Source: a virus
Taxonomy: Duplodnaviria > Caudoviricetes
IMG/VR virus record: IMGVR_UViG_3300047160_009226
Coordinates: 136,690-200,689 of that record
DNA: 64,000 nt
Strand: one strand, 5' to 3'
Of this stretch, positions 1 through 8,726 are shown piece by piece. The translations under genes were made by a program, and so were the position numbers. The number at the start of each line of letters is the position of its first letter. Within the stretch, counting starts at the first letter, position 1. The notes under the pieces are model-generated. The model worked only from the letters and a program-made list of their open reading frames with translations, ran no database searches and was not told the DNA's origin.

Positions 1-227
1 ATCTTAGCTTTTGGTTCTTTATCAACAGGTTCTAGATGGGTTATCTCTTGAGTAGTAGAAACAAGAACTTTTAAAGGTGTTGATTCTTGATCAGAAGTAG
101 ACGCCGCTTTCTTTTGACGTGAAGAAGAATCTGTCTTATCTATTTGACTATCTAAAGAGCCACATACTATATAGAGGTATGCACCAAATACAAGTCCAAA
201 ACATGTAGTAATGGCAAGCCTTCGCAT
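1..227 (-). CDS. Partial CDS (runs off left edge) with N-terminal signal anchor
   Basis: Hand translation from ATG at 227 after SD GGGAG: MRRLAITTCFGLVFGAYLYIVCGSLDSQIDKTDSSSRQKK...; open to window edge; not in ORF track. Confidence 0.6.
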   Translation of the reverse strand, partial: MRRLAITTCFGLVFGAYLYIVCGSLDSQIDKTDSSSRQKKAASTSDQESTPLKVLVSTTQEITHLEPVDKEPKAK

Positions 228-247
228 AAACTATCTCCCACTAAAAT

Positions 248-469
248 TTACTCTACGATGACCCTATCAAGTGGAATTAAACCTGGCTCATTGGTCTCAG
301 GATCAACAACACTCACATGTTCTTGTCCTCTGCGTACAAAATTAACTTCTCTCGGATTCCCAGCGTCATCCTTAACTTTAAAAGAAAAACCTTGCTTCTT
401 ACCCCTCAGGTAAGAAAAAACTTTATCAAGTATAGCATCCTTATGAGCGTTCTCTTCAAACCGACGCAT
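248..469 (-). CDS. Hypothetical protein, 73 aa (possible N-terminal extension via -1 slip, see findings)
   Basis: ORF track; fits gene spacing on the coding strand. Confidence 0.6.
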   Translation of the reverse strand: MRRFEENAHKDAILDKVFSYLRGKKQGFSFKVKDDAGNPREVNFVRRGQEHVSVVDPETNEPGLIPLDRVIVE

Positions 470-531
470 AAAAAAGTTCCCAAATAGCAGTTTACATAGC
501 TCATCGTTTCTCTCCTCTACTGACTAGCAAA

Positions 532-1899
532 CTAAACTCTAATTGAAATAGAACCCCTCTGCACCAGCAAAGCTTTTCTCCTAGTTCCCAATCGCTCGTA
601 AGTTTCTCGCGTCACATATACCTTAGGCCACGGATATGCGCTAAACCTTATTTCTGCCACTTCAGTCCTCATGTCTGTTCCACAAAAACGACATTCATCC
701 CGTTCAATCAAGTCCAACTTATGGCAACCGGGACATTTGTAAGTCTTTGCCGCTAAAATCTTGTTCTCCCTTGGAATCTTACTTGAAACCAACCAAAAAG
801 CTCGAAACATGGATTCCAGTCTCTGTATCCGTGCTGGAATGGAAGGAGGAGCCATTCTCAATGTATGCGCAATCTCCTCGATTTGCAAACCAGCCATCAA
901 TAGAGTATAAAAATCCATCCACGTTCGCCGCTCTTTAATCATGATCGAAGGATCATAATTCGGGTTAGAGAAATCCTTCTGTGTAATAAAATCTCCTGTA
1001 AACATATCGACATACTGCGCATGATCCACCGGATCTTGTGTAATATAATCCACTAGTAAATAATTGGGAACCATTGGGCAAATTCCAATGTCATTAAGTT
1101 CAGGAGTTGTTACCCTACTATTGAAACGTCCTCCTTGAAGATAGAAAACATTCATCTCTACCAATGTTGGAATTTCAATAGTTCCTGGAGGAAGAAGAGT
1201 GCATAACTTTTCAAAATCGCGACGCACAATAGTCCTGATTGGTTTCTGTAATCTCAAATATCTCTCCCAATCTTCCATAACCTCCTGCCTGATGAGATCG
1301 TCCTCAAGAAACTCATCCTGATTGAGATCGTATAAACAGGATGCAGCTGTTCTGCCGTGTTTATCACGATCGTGTTCTCTGTCTAAAGAAAAAGCACCAG
1401 TTGTCACCTTCTTGCTTCTCCTTGACTTATATGTGTGCACATACCGTTGAATCGGCTTCAACAAAAAGTTGCGCCACGGTGAGACCAGTGGATTATATCT
1501 CTCCACCCATCTTGCCTTCACCCACTTTAGAGACATTTCCTGTACGATATCTTCAACATCATCATTCAACACTCTTGTACTGCGGACCAGTTGACATAAC
1601 CAATCACGGCCATTGCTCGATGAAAAAGCCTGCTCGAATGTTTGACCAGTGAATCCATAATTCTCAATCAACAACCGATATCTATCTCTGTAGAATTCCT
1701 CCCATGAGTCATATGTTTTATTCAACCTCGCAAGAATGTTAATAGCTTCCTCACTGTAAAGCGAAAAACCATCTATAAAAATTTTCAAAATCTCAGCTTC
1801 CTCACCCTCCCTGGAGCATTCCCTCGCCAATAACTCAAGAATGTTCACACTCTCTGGAGTGAGGATCCACATCTGTGCTTTCTCCCGGTTGGAGTCCAT
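532..1899 (-). CDS. Atypical sigma-70/ECF-like factor with internal insertion and C-terminal Zn ribbon
   Basis: Region-2-like EDIVQEMSLKWVKARWVERYNP..WRNFLLKPIQRY; region-4-like HTH LMAGLQIEEIAHTLRM; CPGC...CRFC. Confidence 0.6.
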   Translation of the reverse strand: MDSNREKAQMWILTPESVNILELLARECSREGEEAEILKIFIDGFSLYSEEAINILARLNKTYDSWEEFYRDRYRLLIENYGFTGQTFEQAFSSSNGRDWLCQLVRSTRVLNDDVEDIVQEMSLKWVKARWVERYNPLVSPWRNFLLKPIQRYVHTYKSRRSKKVTTGAFSLDREHDRDKHGRTAASCLYDLNQDEFLEDDLIRQEVMEDWERYLRLQKPIRTIVRRDFEKLCTLLPPGTIEIPTLVEMNVFYLQGGRFNSRVTTPELNDIGICPMVPNYLLVDYITQDPVDHAQYVDMFTGDFITQKDFSNPNYDPSIMIKERRTWMDFYTLLMAGLQIEEIAHTLRMAPPSIPARIQRLESMFRAFWLVSSKIPRENKILAAKTYKCPGCHKLDLIERDECRFCGTDMRTEVAEIRFSAYPWPKVYVTRETYERLGTRRKALLVQRGSISIRV

Positions 1900-2061
1900 T
1901 CAATCATCAGAATAAAAACCTTCTCTCGGTTTCAACGAGAAACCAATCGTAAATGCAAAAAAGCACACAACACAATCTTGATCCTACCCATTACAGATAG
2001 TATCAGATTTAGAATACCAAGGTCTAATTCAATAAATAAGAGAAAGCCGAAGAATAACCAA

Positions 2062-3357
2062 TCACAAAACCTTGACGTTCGATATCCCTTGTACCAATCG
2101 ACGTAGATGCCCCTCAGAGACCCGCTCAAGAGACCTTAAAGAATATGCACGATCGCCCATCTTGATCAATAGTGGCACCTTTACTACATTCTGTACATGC
2201 GCTGCCTGAAAGATCGCCAGGTGGAGTCTACCTGCGTCTTCTGCTGTAATCCCTGACACCAAGAGCGTTACATCGTCTCTTTTAGGCGAAGCCTTCTCTG
2301 GCTTTGGCAAATCCTTTGTTGCTGGATCGAGATCATCAATTCCTGTCAGATTCCCCCAATTATCTCCAATCTCAATATCAACTTTCAGTGGAATATTCCA
2401 TTTAGGAATGGTAGGGAGGATTTTCCCTTTAGGAGTAAGCGTCATTTCCCGGCCGATGTCCCGTAAAATTTCATACATTGCTGCGGATTCACGGATCTCA
2501 AAGTCCAATTCATCATGAACTGTCAACATCATTTTCACGTCATCACATAACTTTTGCTTTGTGAGAAAAGAATCAACACGAGTCATGGCTATCTTCAACA
2601 GATCAGCACTCGATCCCTGAATCGGGCTGTTACATGCCGTTCTGTGACAGAATCCATGACCCATCTTCTTTCCGGCTTTCTTCCCTTTCCCCGTACCTAC
2701 ATTCTCATTGGCCTTGGCAATCATCGCCTTCATCTCACGTTTACGTCGAAAGAATGTCCAGACATGTCCATGTTCCTTATAATACTCTTCCTGATTCTTT
2801 GTCCATTTTTTATAAGTCGGAACAGCACCACACCACTTCCTCCATGCAATAACTGCTTCAGCGTATGTTAGTGTTGTCAAATGCCAAAATGTATCAACAC
2901 CAGAAAGATATAGATTTCCGAAGTTGCCCATCTTAGCAATGTCTCGTTGAGCCTTATCCGGTTCGTCAGTTCGGAACATAACACGAGCCATCTCAAAATG
3001 TAAATCTCTGTCCTCCTGAAATGCTTTGACCCAGACAGGCTCACCGGACAGAAGTGCTGCCACTCGAAGCTCGATCCCAGCAAAGTCGATGCATGCCCAC
3101 TTGAATCCTGGTCTAGCTATGAATGCTTCTCGAATATTGATCCCAGGGCCGATCTTGATGGTCGTCTCTTCTTTGTCACAAATAGGAAAATACAGACAAC
3201 CATCACAAGAAGGACGTACACAGTAATTTGCTTTGTCACGGATATAAAAATACTTCTCCTCCGGATGCTGAAGTTTTTTCTCGGGATCAGGATAGTATGT
3301 CAAGAGCTGCTTGGGAGGCTTGACATCACCAACTTCAAGGGTTTTCTTCTCAGCCAT
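2062..3357 (-). CDS. polA: Family A DNA polymerase, C-terminal (palm/fingers) subunit
   Basis: Motif A DFAGIELRVAALLSGE, motif B RDIAKMGNFGNLY, motif C LTVHDELDFE; own SD (AGGAG) upstream of 3357. Confidence 0.9.
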   Translation of the reverse strand: MAEKKTLEVGDVKPPKQLLTYYPDPEKKLQHPEEKYFYIRDKANYCVRPSCDGCLYFPICDKEETTIKIGPGINIREAFIARPGFKWACIDFAGIELRVAALLSGEPVWVKAFQEDRDLHFEMARVMFRTDEPDKAQRDIAKMGNFGNLYLSGVDTFWHLTTLTYAEAVIAWRKWCGAVPTYKKWTKNQEEYYKEHGHVWTFFRRKREMKAMIAKANENVGTGKGKKAGKKMGHGFCHRTACNSPIQGSSADLLKIAMTRVDSFLTKQKLCDDVKMMLTVHDELDFEIRESAAMYEILRDIGREMTLTPKGKILPTIPKWNIPLKVDIEIGDNWGNLTGIDDLDPATKDLPKPEKASPKRDDVTLLVSGITAEDAGRLHLAIFQAAHVQNVVKVPLLIKMGDRAYSLRSLERVSEGHLRRLVQGISNVKVL

Positions 3358-3375
3358 GACCTATCTCCTAGTTAT

Positions 3376-3549
3376 TTACACATTTTTGACCTGATATCCA
3401 GGAAGCACTGGCCCAACAAATCCAGGTGATGATGGGTCATGAAGCCAAAAATATACAATTAGATTGGGATCAAGCAATCCTAATCTAACCATCAACTCAA
3501 CATCAACCTCTCTCTGGCCAAACCATTTCATCATTTCTTTTGTTGGCAT
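3376..3549 (-). CDS. Small 57-aa ORF between the two polA halves
   Basis: Hand translation MPTKEMMKWFGQREVDVELMVRLGLLDPNLIVYFWLHDPSSPGFVGPVLPGYQVKNV*; fills the 215-nt gap. Confidence 0.55.
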   Translation of the reverse strand: MPTKEMMKWFGQREVDVELMVRLGLLDPNLIVYFWLHDPSSPGFVGPVLPGYQVKNV

Positions 3550-3572
3550 TGTTTTTCAATCATTTACTATAG

Positions 3573-4805
3573 TTATTTATTCGGGTCTTCAATCTTCACC
3601 CGCCTAACTTTAGCCGTCTTATAATCACTGGCGCTGGTAATTGCCTGCGGGTTCATTGGAGTGTACAGACTGTCGCCCTTGTCCACTCCTCCTGATGAAA
3701 ATCTACCCGTAGGAGCCCCAATCGAGACGAACCGAAAAACCACCGAAGGACTGTCTTCAGTGGCAGTCAACAAAGGATCAACATAAGTTGTTATTTCCTT
3801 CACAATCGATCGATAAAAAAGAATGTCATCGACAATAGGATGCTCTTTCGCCAAAGGTGTAAGTGCTTTGGCGTTAGTCTCGTAATTCACCTGCTTCTCG
3901 TTCTGAGTTCTCTTCAATGGCACTCCCTTCTCTCTCAGAACCCGAGCCACTTCCTTGTTGGAGTCCAAGTCAAACTCTTCCTTCAAGTCGTCATAAATAC
4001 CAGAAGAGACGTCATCGACCCATCGCTCCAGATCCTTATGTGCCTGCTGCAAAAATGCCCGATCAATCGTAATCCGATTCTCTGTCATTCGGCCCAACGT
4101 GCCAAGAAGTCTATGCTCCATATCGGCAATGAATCCTTGCTCTCGATCCACTTCTGGCTTACAAATATCTAAGACTGCCAATGAAAAGACTGGGTCGGCT
4201 GCCGCATATAGTGTAGCTTCTTCAGGATTCGAAAGAGAAAAGTCAATCTCCTTGGATCGCTTCCCTTTCCTAATCCCAGGAACATCATGAATGAGGTTCA
4301 TCTCCTGCTTACAAATCTCTAAGGCCGCATCCTTAAGGTTGAATTGTTTTTTATCAGAGTCGTACAGCCAACGATATACCATAGCATCGTTGAGGCTTTT
4401 TAGGGTGGTATCACGATATACCCCCTTGTTCCGAAGAATCGTTCCCTCAAACTCCCAGTTATACACAACCACTAGTCTATGTTCAATCTCGTCCAACAAC
4501 ATCTGCCATACTTGACTTGGATCCAGGTTCATTTCTGGAAAATTCATATGCTTGATCGGGACATATACCCCCTCCCTTTCTGTGAATGCCAAACAAAAAC
4601 CGCACACAGATTCCCATGTGCGGCTTAAGTCCTTCGTTTCAAAGTCGATCGAGATTCTATTAAATGCGTGCCCTCTCTGAAAGAATTCCCGAAGCTCTGA
4701 CAAGGTCGTGATCTGATACAATCTCCTCTCCGTCATCCACTCTTTCCACAAATGAGACTCCGCGAACGCTTTCTGAGTCTCTAAGGAAAAAGTATCAACT
4801 TGCAT
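3573..4805 (-). CDS. polA: Family A DNA polymerase, N-terminal subunit (3'-5' exonuclease + thumb)
   Basis: ExoI DFETKD, ExoII YNWEFE, ExoIII YAAADP, thumb region, GAPTGRFSS...MNPQAI (cf. TATGRLSS..PNLQNIP). Confidence 0.85.
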   Translation of the reverse strand: MQVDTFSLETQKAFAESHLWKEWMTERRLYQITTLSELREFFQRGHAFNRISIDFETKDLSRTWESVCGFCLAFTEREGVYVPIKHMNFPEMNLDPSQVWQMLLDEIEHRLVVVYNWEFEGTILRNKGVYRDTTLKSLNDAMVYRWLYDSDKKQFNLKDAALEICKQEMNLIHDVPGIRKGKRSKEIDFSLSNPEEATLYAAADPVFSLAVLDICKPEVDREQGFIADMEHRLLGTLGRMTENRITIDRAFLQQAHKDLERWVDDVSSGIYDDLKEEFDLDSNKEVARVLREKGVPLKRTQNEKQVNYETNAKALTPLAKEHPIVDDILFYRSIVKEITTYVDPLLTATEDSPSVVFRFVSIGAPTGRFSSGGVDKGDSLYTPMNPQAITSASDYKTAKVRRVKIEDPNK

Positions 4806-5097
4806 GAGATCCCTCGATGTATTTTTCTAAAGGACACTTCCGATCCCTGTGATAAACACATTCAATGCAATGAACCGAAGAATCTGGACAGATCGTCAAA
4901 GATAATTCAGACACATAAAAAATAGATCTACTGTTCTCAGGATTCGAAACCAACTTGGAACCTACACCAATACCTCTCAGACGACATCTTCTCATAACAA
5001 TTTGATGACATAGCGGCCCAAGACATACATTACTAACAATCTGAGCTGTTTTAGTTGAGATCAACTTGAGACAGCGGTGACATTTGATCATAATCAA
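4795..5097 (-). CDS. Cys-rich putative Zn-finger protein
   Basis: CHRC, CLGPLC, CIEC and further Cys; coupled to neighbours. Confidence 0.5.
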   Translation of the reverse strand: MIMIKCHRCLKLISTKTAQIVSNVCLGPLCHQIVMRRCRLRGIGVGSKLVSNPENSRSIFYVSELSLTICPDSSVHCIECVYHRDRKCPLEKYIEGSHAS

Positions 5098-5458
5098 CGT
5101 TCAACTCTCGGTCTTGTTGAGCCAAGATAATACATCCCACGGGATCAAATCGATCTCTCATTAAGAGTCTCAAAACGCTTTCCAATAAATTACCTTCAAC
5201 TTTAGCTCGCATCAGCAAATCATACTCAGGACTTATGATCTCTGGATGCTTGATATAATCTTCAATCGACTTGATCAATTCGACTCTAGTCTGATTATCT
5301 TGAGCTTTCTTCGTCTTTAAAACCAACAACAACTCCCGAAAAACGGGCTCCTTGAGCATCGCAACCATATCATTGGTCTCCTTCTTTCTACGATGTGGTA
5401 AAAATCCATTCTTAAGAAAGCCCTTCCTATGTAGTTTCTCCATCACTCTTTTAGACAT
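5051..5458 (-). CDS. Hypothetical protein
   Basis: ORF track 5051..5515; start refined to ATG 5458 (MSKRVMEK) after SD GAGGG. Confidence 0.6.
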   Translation of the reverse strand: MSKRVMEKLHRKGFLKNGFLPHRRKKETNDMVAMLKEPVFRELLLVLKTKKAQDNQTRVELIKSIEDYIKHPEIISPEYDLLMRAKVEGNLLESVLRLLMRDRFDPVGCIILAQQDRELNVDYDQMSPLSQVDLN

Positions 5459-5525
5459 ACCGCCACCCTCAAAGAAAAAATCTTCCTTTTTCAATCCATT
5501 ATAATTAAACACCAATCCATTAAAA

Positions 5526-6089
5526 TTAATCCTTCTTTGACAAGTTAAAATTCATTCGCTCTACAAAAGATTGGAGTGCGATTTCTCGATGCTCCTTAGG
5601 AAGAGTAGCTATAAACACCATAAAATCGTCACATGCCTTCGCCCATTGACGATACTTATCAAACTTGGCAACCCCTCGATGATTGATTAGATGCCGCTCC
5701 AAAAACCCCCGGTAAACCCCTTCTAGAGATGGCCGATACGGCACCTGAGCCCGCCGCAACACCTCCTGAGCCCGATCCCCGTCCACCGGCCAACGAACCA
5801 GGATGGCCCCTGCAGCGGCCTCCCGATCGATGTCCCGCATGGCCGCCCAAACTTGAGTGACCGTATATTGTACTACGCAGTAAAAGCACCAAATCGTTTT
5901 ATCGTCTTCGTAAATCCGGGCTGATGGCTTTGCTTCTTGTCCAAGTTTATGAACGGGACATAGAATCTGGAGTGGAACTTTCCAGATGTCATACCCAAGT
6001 TCTGTTAATACAGCCTTCATCGAAGCAGAATGATCAGCAACAATAATCATTTCCTGAGGTGTCACATGAATCTCTCCATACCGATTCAA
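5526..6089 (-). CDS. Stand-alone DnaG-type CHC2 zinc-finger protein (no TOPRIM domain)
   Basis: ILCPVHKLGQEAKPSARIYEDDKTIWCFYC matches the primase CHC2 Zn-binding pattern; 187 aa, too short for a catalytic domain. Confidence 0.75.
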   Translation of the reverse strand: MNRYGEIHVTPQEMIIVADHSASMKAVLTELGYDIWKVPLQILCPVHKLGQEAKPSARIYEDDKTIWCFYCVVQYTVTQVWAAMRDIDREAAAGAILVRWPVDGDRAQEVLRRAQVPYRPSLEGVYRGFLERHLINHRGVAKFDKYRQWAKACDDFMVFIATLPKEHREIALQSFVERMNFNLSKKD

Positions 6090-6304
6090 CCAGGCCGTCT
6101 GACCTTGAAACCTTCCTCCTTCATCCTGGCCATACCCCTGTTAAGAATCTCAGTCCCTGCCGCCTTGGCCTCATCCATAGTGGAAAAACGGAAATCCGAC
6201 TGGCAGATTGGAGTACCATCACCGTCGTGAATCAGTATAGCGAACTTTCCATTTTTCGCGAGAATGGTAGAACAGACCCTCATCTGAGTTTTTCCAGCAC
6301 CCAT
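6086..6304 (-). CDS. Hypothetical protein
   Basis: ORF track; 4-nt overlap with next gene. Confidence 0.6.
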   Translation of the reverse strand: MGAGKTQMRVCSTILAKNGKFAILIHDGDGTPICQSDFRFSTMDEAKAAGTEILNRGMARMKEEGFKVRRPG

Positions 6305-6333
6305 TCATCAGCCCTCCCTAAATCAAGGTATCA

Positions 6334-7011
6334 TTAAGAATTCGCTTGAGGCAATCGTCTCCACATGCGAGGACTCTCATCGTTGATTCTACTACGACGT
6401 GCTAACATGGCCTGCCAAACACGACGCTCACGCTGGTCCTGTTCGTACTCGGAATATTCACGCCAAACTGTCATGCACTTATCATTATAAAGCTTGCGGA
6501 GTCCATGATCTCGGATCTGTCTGATCCGTTCCCTCGTAAGCTTAAAGATGCGGCCAACCTCCATAAGCGTGTAAGTATCTCCAGTCTCAATACCATACAA
6601 GAGTCTAAGAATAGTTGCCTCACGTTCCTGAACGAACCTCATCGCCTCGGTAAGTTTAGCCGCAATGGCTTGTCGCTCACTCTGCTCTTCATACTCTGTA
6701 AGCCAATAGTGCTTGTCAATCACATCCTCAGACCAGAGTGGAAAAGCACCGACCACAGGATCACGATGATATGCTTTGCCATATGCTATACTGATCTGCC
6801 ATAGAGCGTGTTTAGCACACCAACTAGAAAGTTTGGTACGTTTGATGTTATTCGGATCGTAGGTACGGTAAGCAAAAAGTATACCATACCAAGCCTCCTG
6901 AATCAAATCATTGATAGAGATAGATTGATAATACGTTGAAGCCTTGGCGCGTTTAGCTGCCCAGATCGCTAAACGACGGTGCTTGATCAAGAACTCCTGT
7001 TCAGTTTCCAC
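6334..7011 (-). CDS. Phage-encoded sigma-70 family factor
   Basis: Region 2 INDLIQEAWYGIL; region 4 REATILRLLYGIETGDTYTLMEVGRIFKLTRERIRQIRDHGLRKL. Confidence 0.9.
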   Translation of the reverse strand: METEQEFLIKHRRLAIWAAKRAKASTYYQSISINDLIQEAWYGILFAYRTYDPNNIKRTKLSSWCAKHALWQISIAYGKAYHRDPVVGAFPLWSEDVIDKHYWLTEYEEQSERQAIAAKLTEAMRFVQEREATILRLLYGIETGDTYTLMEVGRIFKLTRERIRQIRDHGLRKLYNDKCMTVWREYSEYEQDQRERRVWQAMLARRSRINDESPRMWRRLPQANS

Positions 7012-7026
7012 AGTAAACTTACCCTA

Positions 7027-7293
7027 TCAGACATCCTGGCTCTTGGCGACGAGAGAATCAGGCATCTCAATCCGCAGTACTTCCTTCTTCTCTGGCTCAG
7101 CAGGAAAAAGAACTGGCTCTACTCCAAGACGCTCGTTTAGAACGACACACATGTTGAGTCGAATGCTAATCGAACCCTCTTTATTCTTCCATGCGGCTCC
7201 GACATCCATCCATCGTTCTGTTTTCTCATCCTTGATCTTCAACCTGTAGTCTGGCTTCCGGCCCGACATAATCTCTTTCTTCATTCTCATCAT
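7027..7293 (-). CDS. Small DUF736-like (putative ssDNA-binding) protein
   Basis: KPDYRL....VGAAWKNKEGSISIRLN pattern; ATGA overlap with the helicase stop. Confidence 0.5.
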   Translation of the reverse strand: MMRMKKEIMSGRKPDYRLKIKDEKTERWMDVGAAWKNKEGSISIRLNMCVVLNERLGVEPVLFPAEPEKKEVLRIEMPDSLVAKSQDV

Positions 7294-8726
7294 ACCACCA
7301 ATAATTGTGAAAGTAGCGAATCGTCTGCCCTTGCCAATTCACCGACAAACCTGTATTCGGCTGGCATGTAAATAGAAAAGGGATCGATCAAACCAGCATC
7401 TCTCATCTTGAGATTACAGACGACGGCCTCTCTTTTCTGTCTGAGCGGCTGGTCCTGGTAAACAGTGAACAATGCATCGGCCGTCTTTTCCAATTCACTG
7501 GTATCAGCGATGGCCTCCCTATCATATATACCCTGAGAGTCGGCCGCTTTCTTCTCCCCCACGCGATTTACTTGACAAGGCGTAATCACAGTGATCCCAT
7601 AACCGTTGTCGAACTCCAGGGCTAGTTGTTTACACCGGCTAATATTCTCTGCAATACGCTCATTTCGTGAAAGACGGACTCCCTTTGGTGCTGAAAGTAT
7701 ATTAATGTAATCGATCATAATCGCATCTAATGGATATTCACGATTAAAGACTTCTGCCTGTTGCTGAATATCCTCGATACTTGTGCGCCCAATTGGATTA
7801 AATACCTGAATTGATCCATTAGCACTGTTAAGATCTGGAATCACCGTATTCAAGTAGAAGTCTGCGTCTTCCGTAGAAAGAGTGCCAAATTTAATCTGAC
7901 TGTGTAAAAGTGGTTTCCTATTAAACTTGGGATCACAAGCATGAGAACAATAAAGCATTCTTAGAACTTTATCTTTACTCATTTCCAAAGAATAGAACAA
8001 GATGTTAAATCCAAGCAGTACTAGATGTCGTGCCCAGTTGATTATAAACGTACTCTTTCCATGCCCAGTCGCACCTGCCAGAATCCAAAGTTCCTTGTTA
8101 TGTGCTCCTCCTGTAGCGTCATCTATCGAACTGATATTCGTCGTCATTCCATAAGAAAGTGCCGGATTTCTTGACTTTCGAATATAATCTTCAGTAAGCT
8201 CTTTCGCTCCTAGACGTAAATCCATCGGCATCTGATTCGGATTTAATTTCTGCTTAAGTTTTGTTGCTCCTGTGACAACATAATCAATGGCATCCCTAAC
8301 GCCCTGCTTAAGTTCAGTATTGGCTCCTACTCTAGTTTTCACTCCCTCCTTCATAACCTGTGTCGTATCTTGGAGCAACTGAGAAAGTTCAGAGCCAACA
8401 AGGTCTCCGATAAACCAACCAAATAAGCTCCGATAACTTGCTCCAAAAGTCTGAGTCTCTACTCCTACCTCTTTAATGTAAAGAATTAAATCTGTATTGA
8501 GGTCTACCTCGGCAAATTGAAGCAATGATGAGATAGATGGAGGTCCAGCCAGGTTTGATCTCTCATAAAACTGCTTAACCAAATCAAATGTGCTGCCCTC
8601 TACGGCCGAAAGACTCACGGATTCTATATTAGTATATCGATAATTCTCCAAGGCCTTAATTTCTTCGTCTGGAGTATTTGCGCAAAGTGATCTCAAAACC
8701 ATCTTCGTCAGTGTCTTCTTATTCAT
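7290..8726 (-). CDS. dnaB: DnaB-like replicative helicase
   Basis: Walker A AGATGHGKST, FYSLEMS, IMIDYINIL, TPCQVNR, LEKTADAL. Confidence 0.9.
   Translation of the reverse strand: MNKKTLTKMVLRSLCANTPDEEIKALENYRYTNIESVSLSAVEGSTFDLVKQFYERSNLAGPPSISSLLQFAEVDLNTDLILYIKEVGVETQTFGASYRSLFGWFIGDLVGSELSQLLQDTTQVMKEGVKTRVGANTELKQGVRDAIDYVVTGATKLKQKLNPNQMPMDLRLGAKELTEDYIRKSRNPALSYGMTTNISSIDDATGGAHNKELWILAGATGHGKSTFIINWARHLVLLGFNILFYSLEMSKDKVLRMLYCSHACDPKFNRKPLLHSQIKFGTLSTEDADFYLNTVIPDLNSANGSIQVFNPIGRTSIEDIQQQAEVFNREYPLDAIMIDYINILSAPKGVRLSRNERIAENISRCKQLALEFDNGYGITVITPCQVNRVGEKKAADSQGIYDREAIADTSELEKTADALFTVYQDQPLRQKREAVVCNLKMRDAGLIDPFSIYMPAEYRFVGELARADDSLLSQLLVV

Noticed and set aside
166-193. TTGTAT-N16-TATAGT promoter-like sequence
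   Set aside because: Lies inside the coding region of the partial 1..227 gene
1932-2129. 65-aa hydrophobic ORF
   Set aside because: Overlaps the polA 3' end by 68 nt, no SD; probably a shadow of a T-rich spacer
3358-3640. Group I intron or split intein as explanation of the polA split
   Set aside because: No recognisable P7/R/S elements, no Cys-start or HN/C intein ends, and the second half has its own SD
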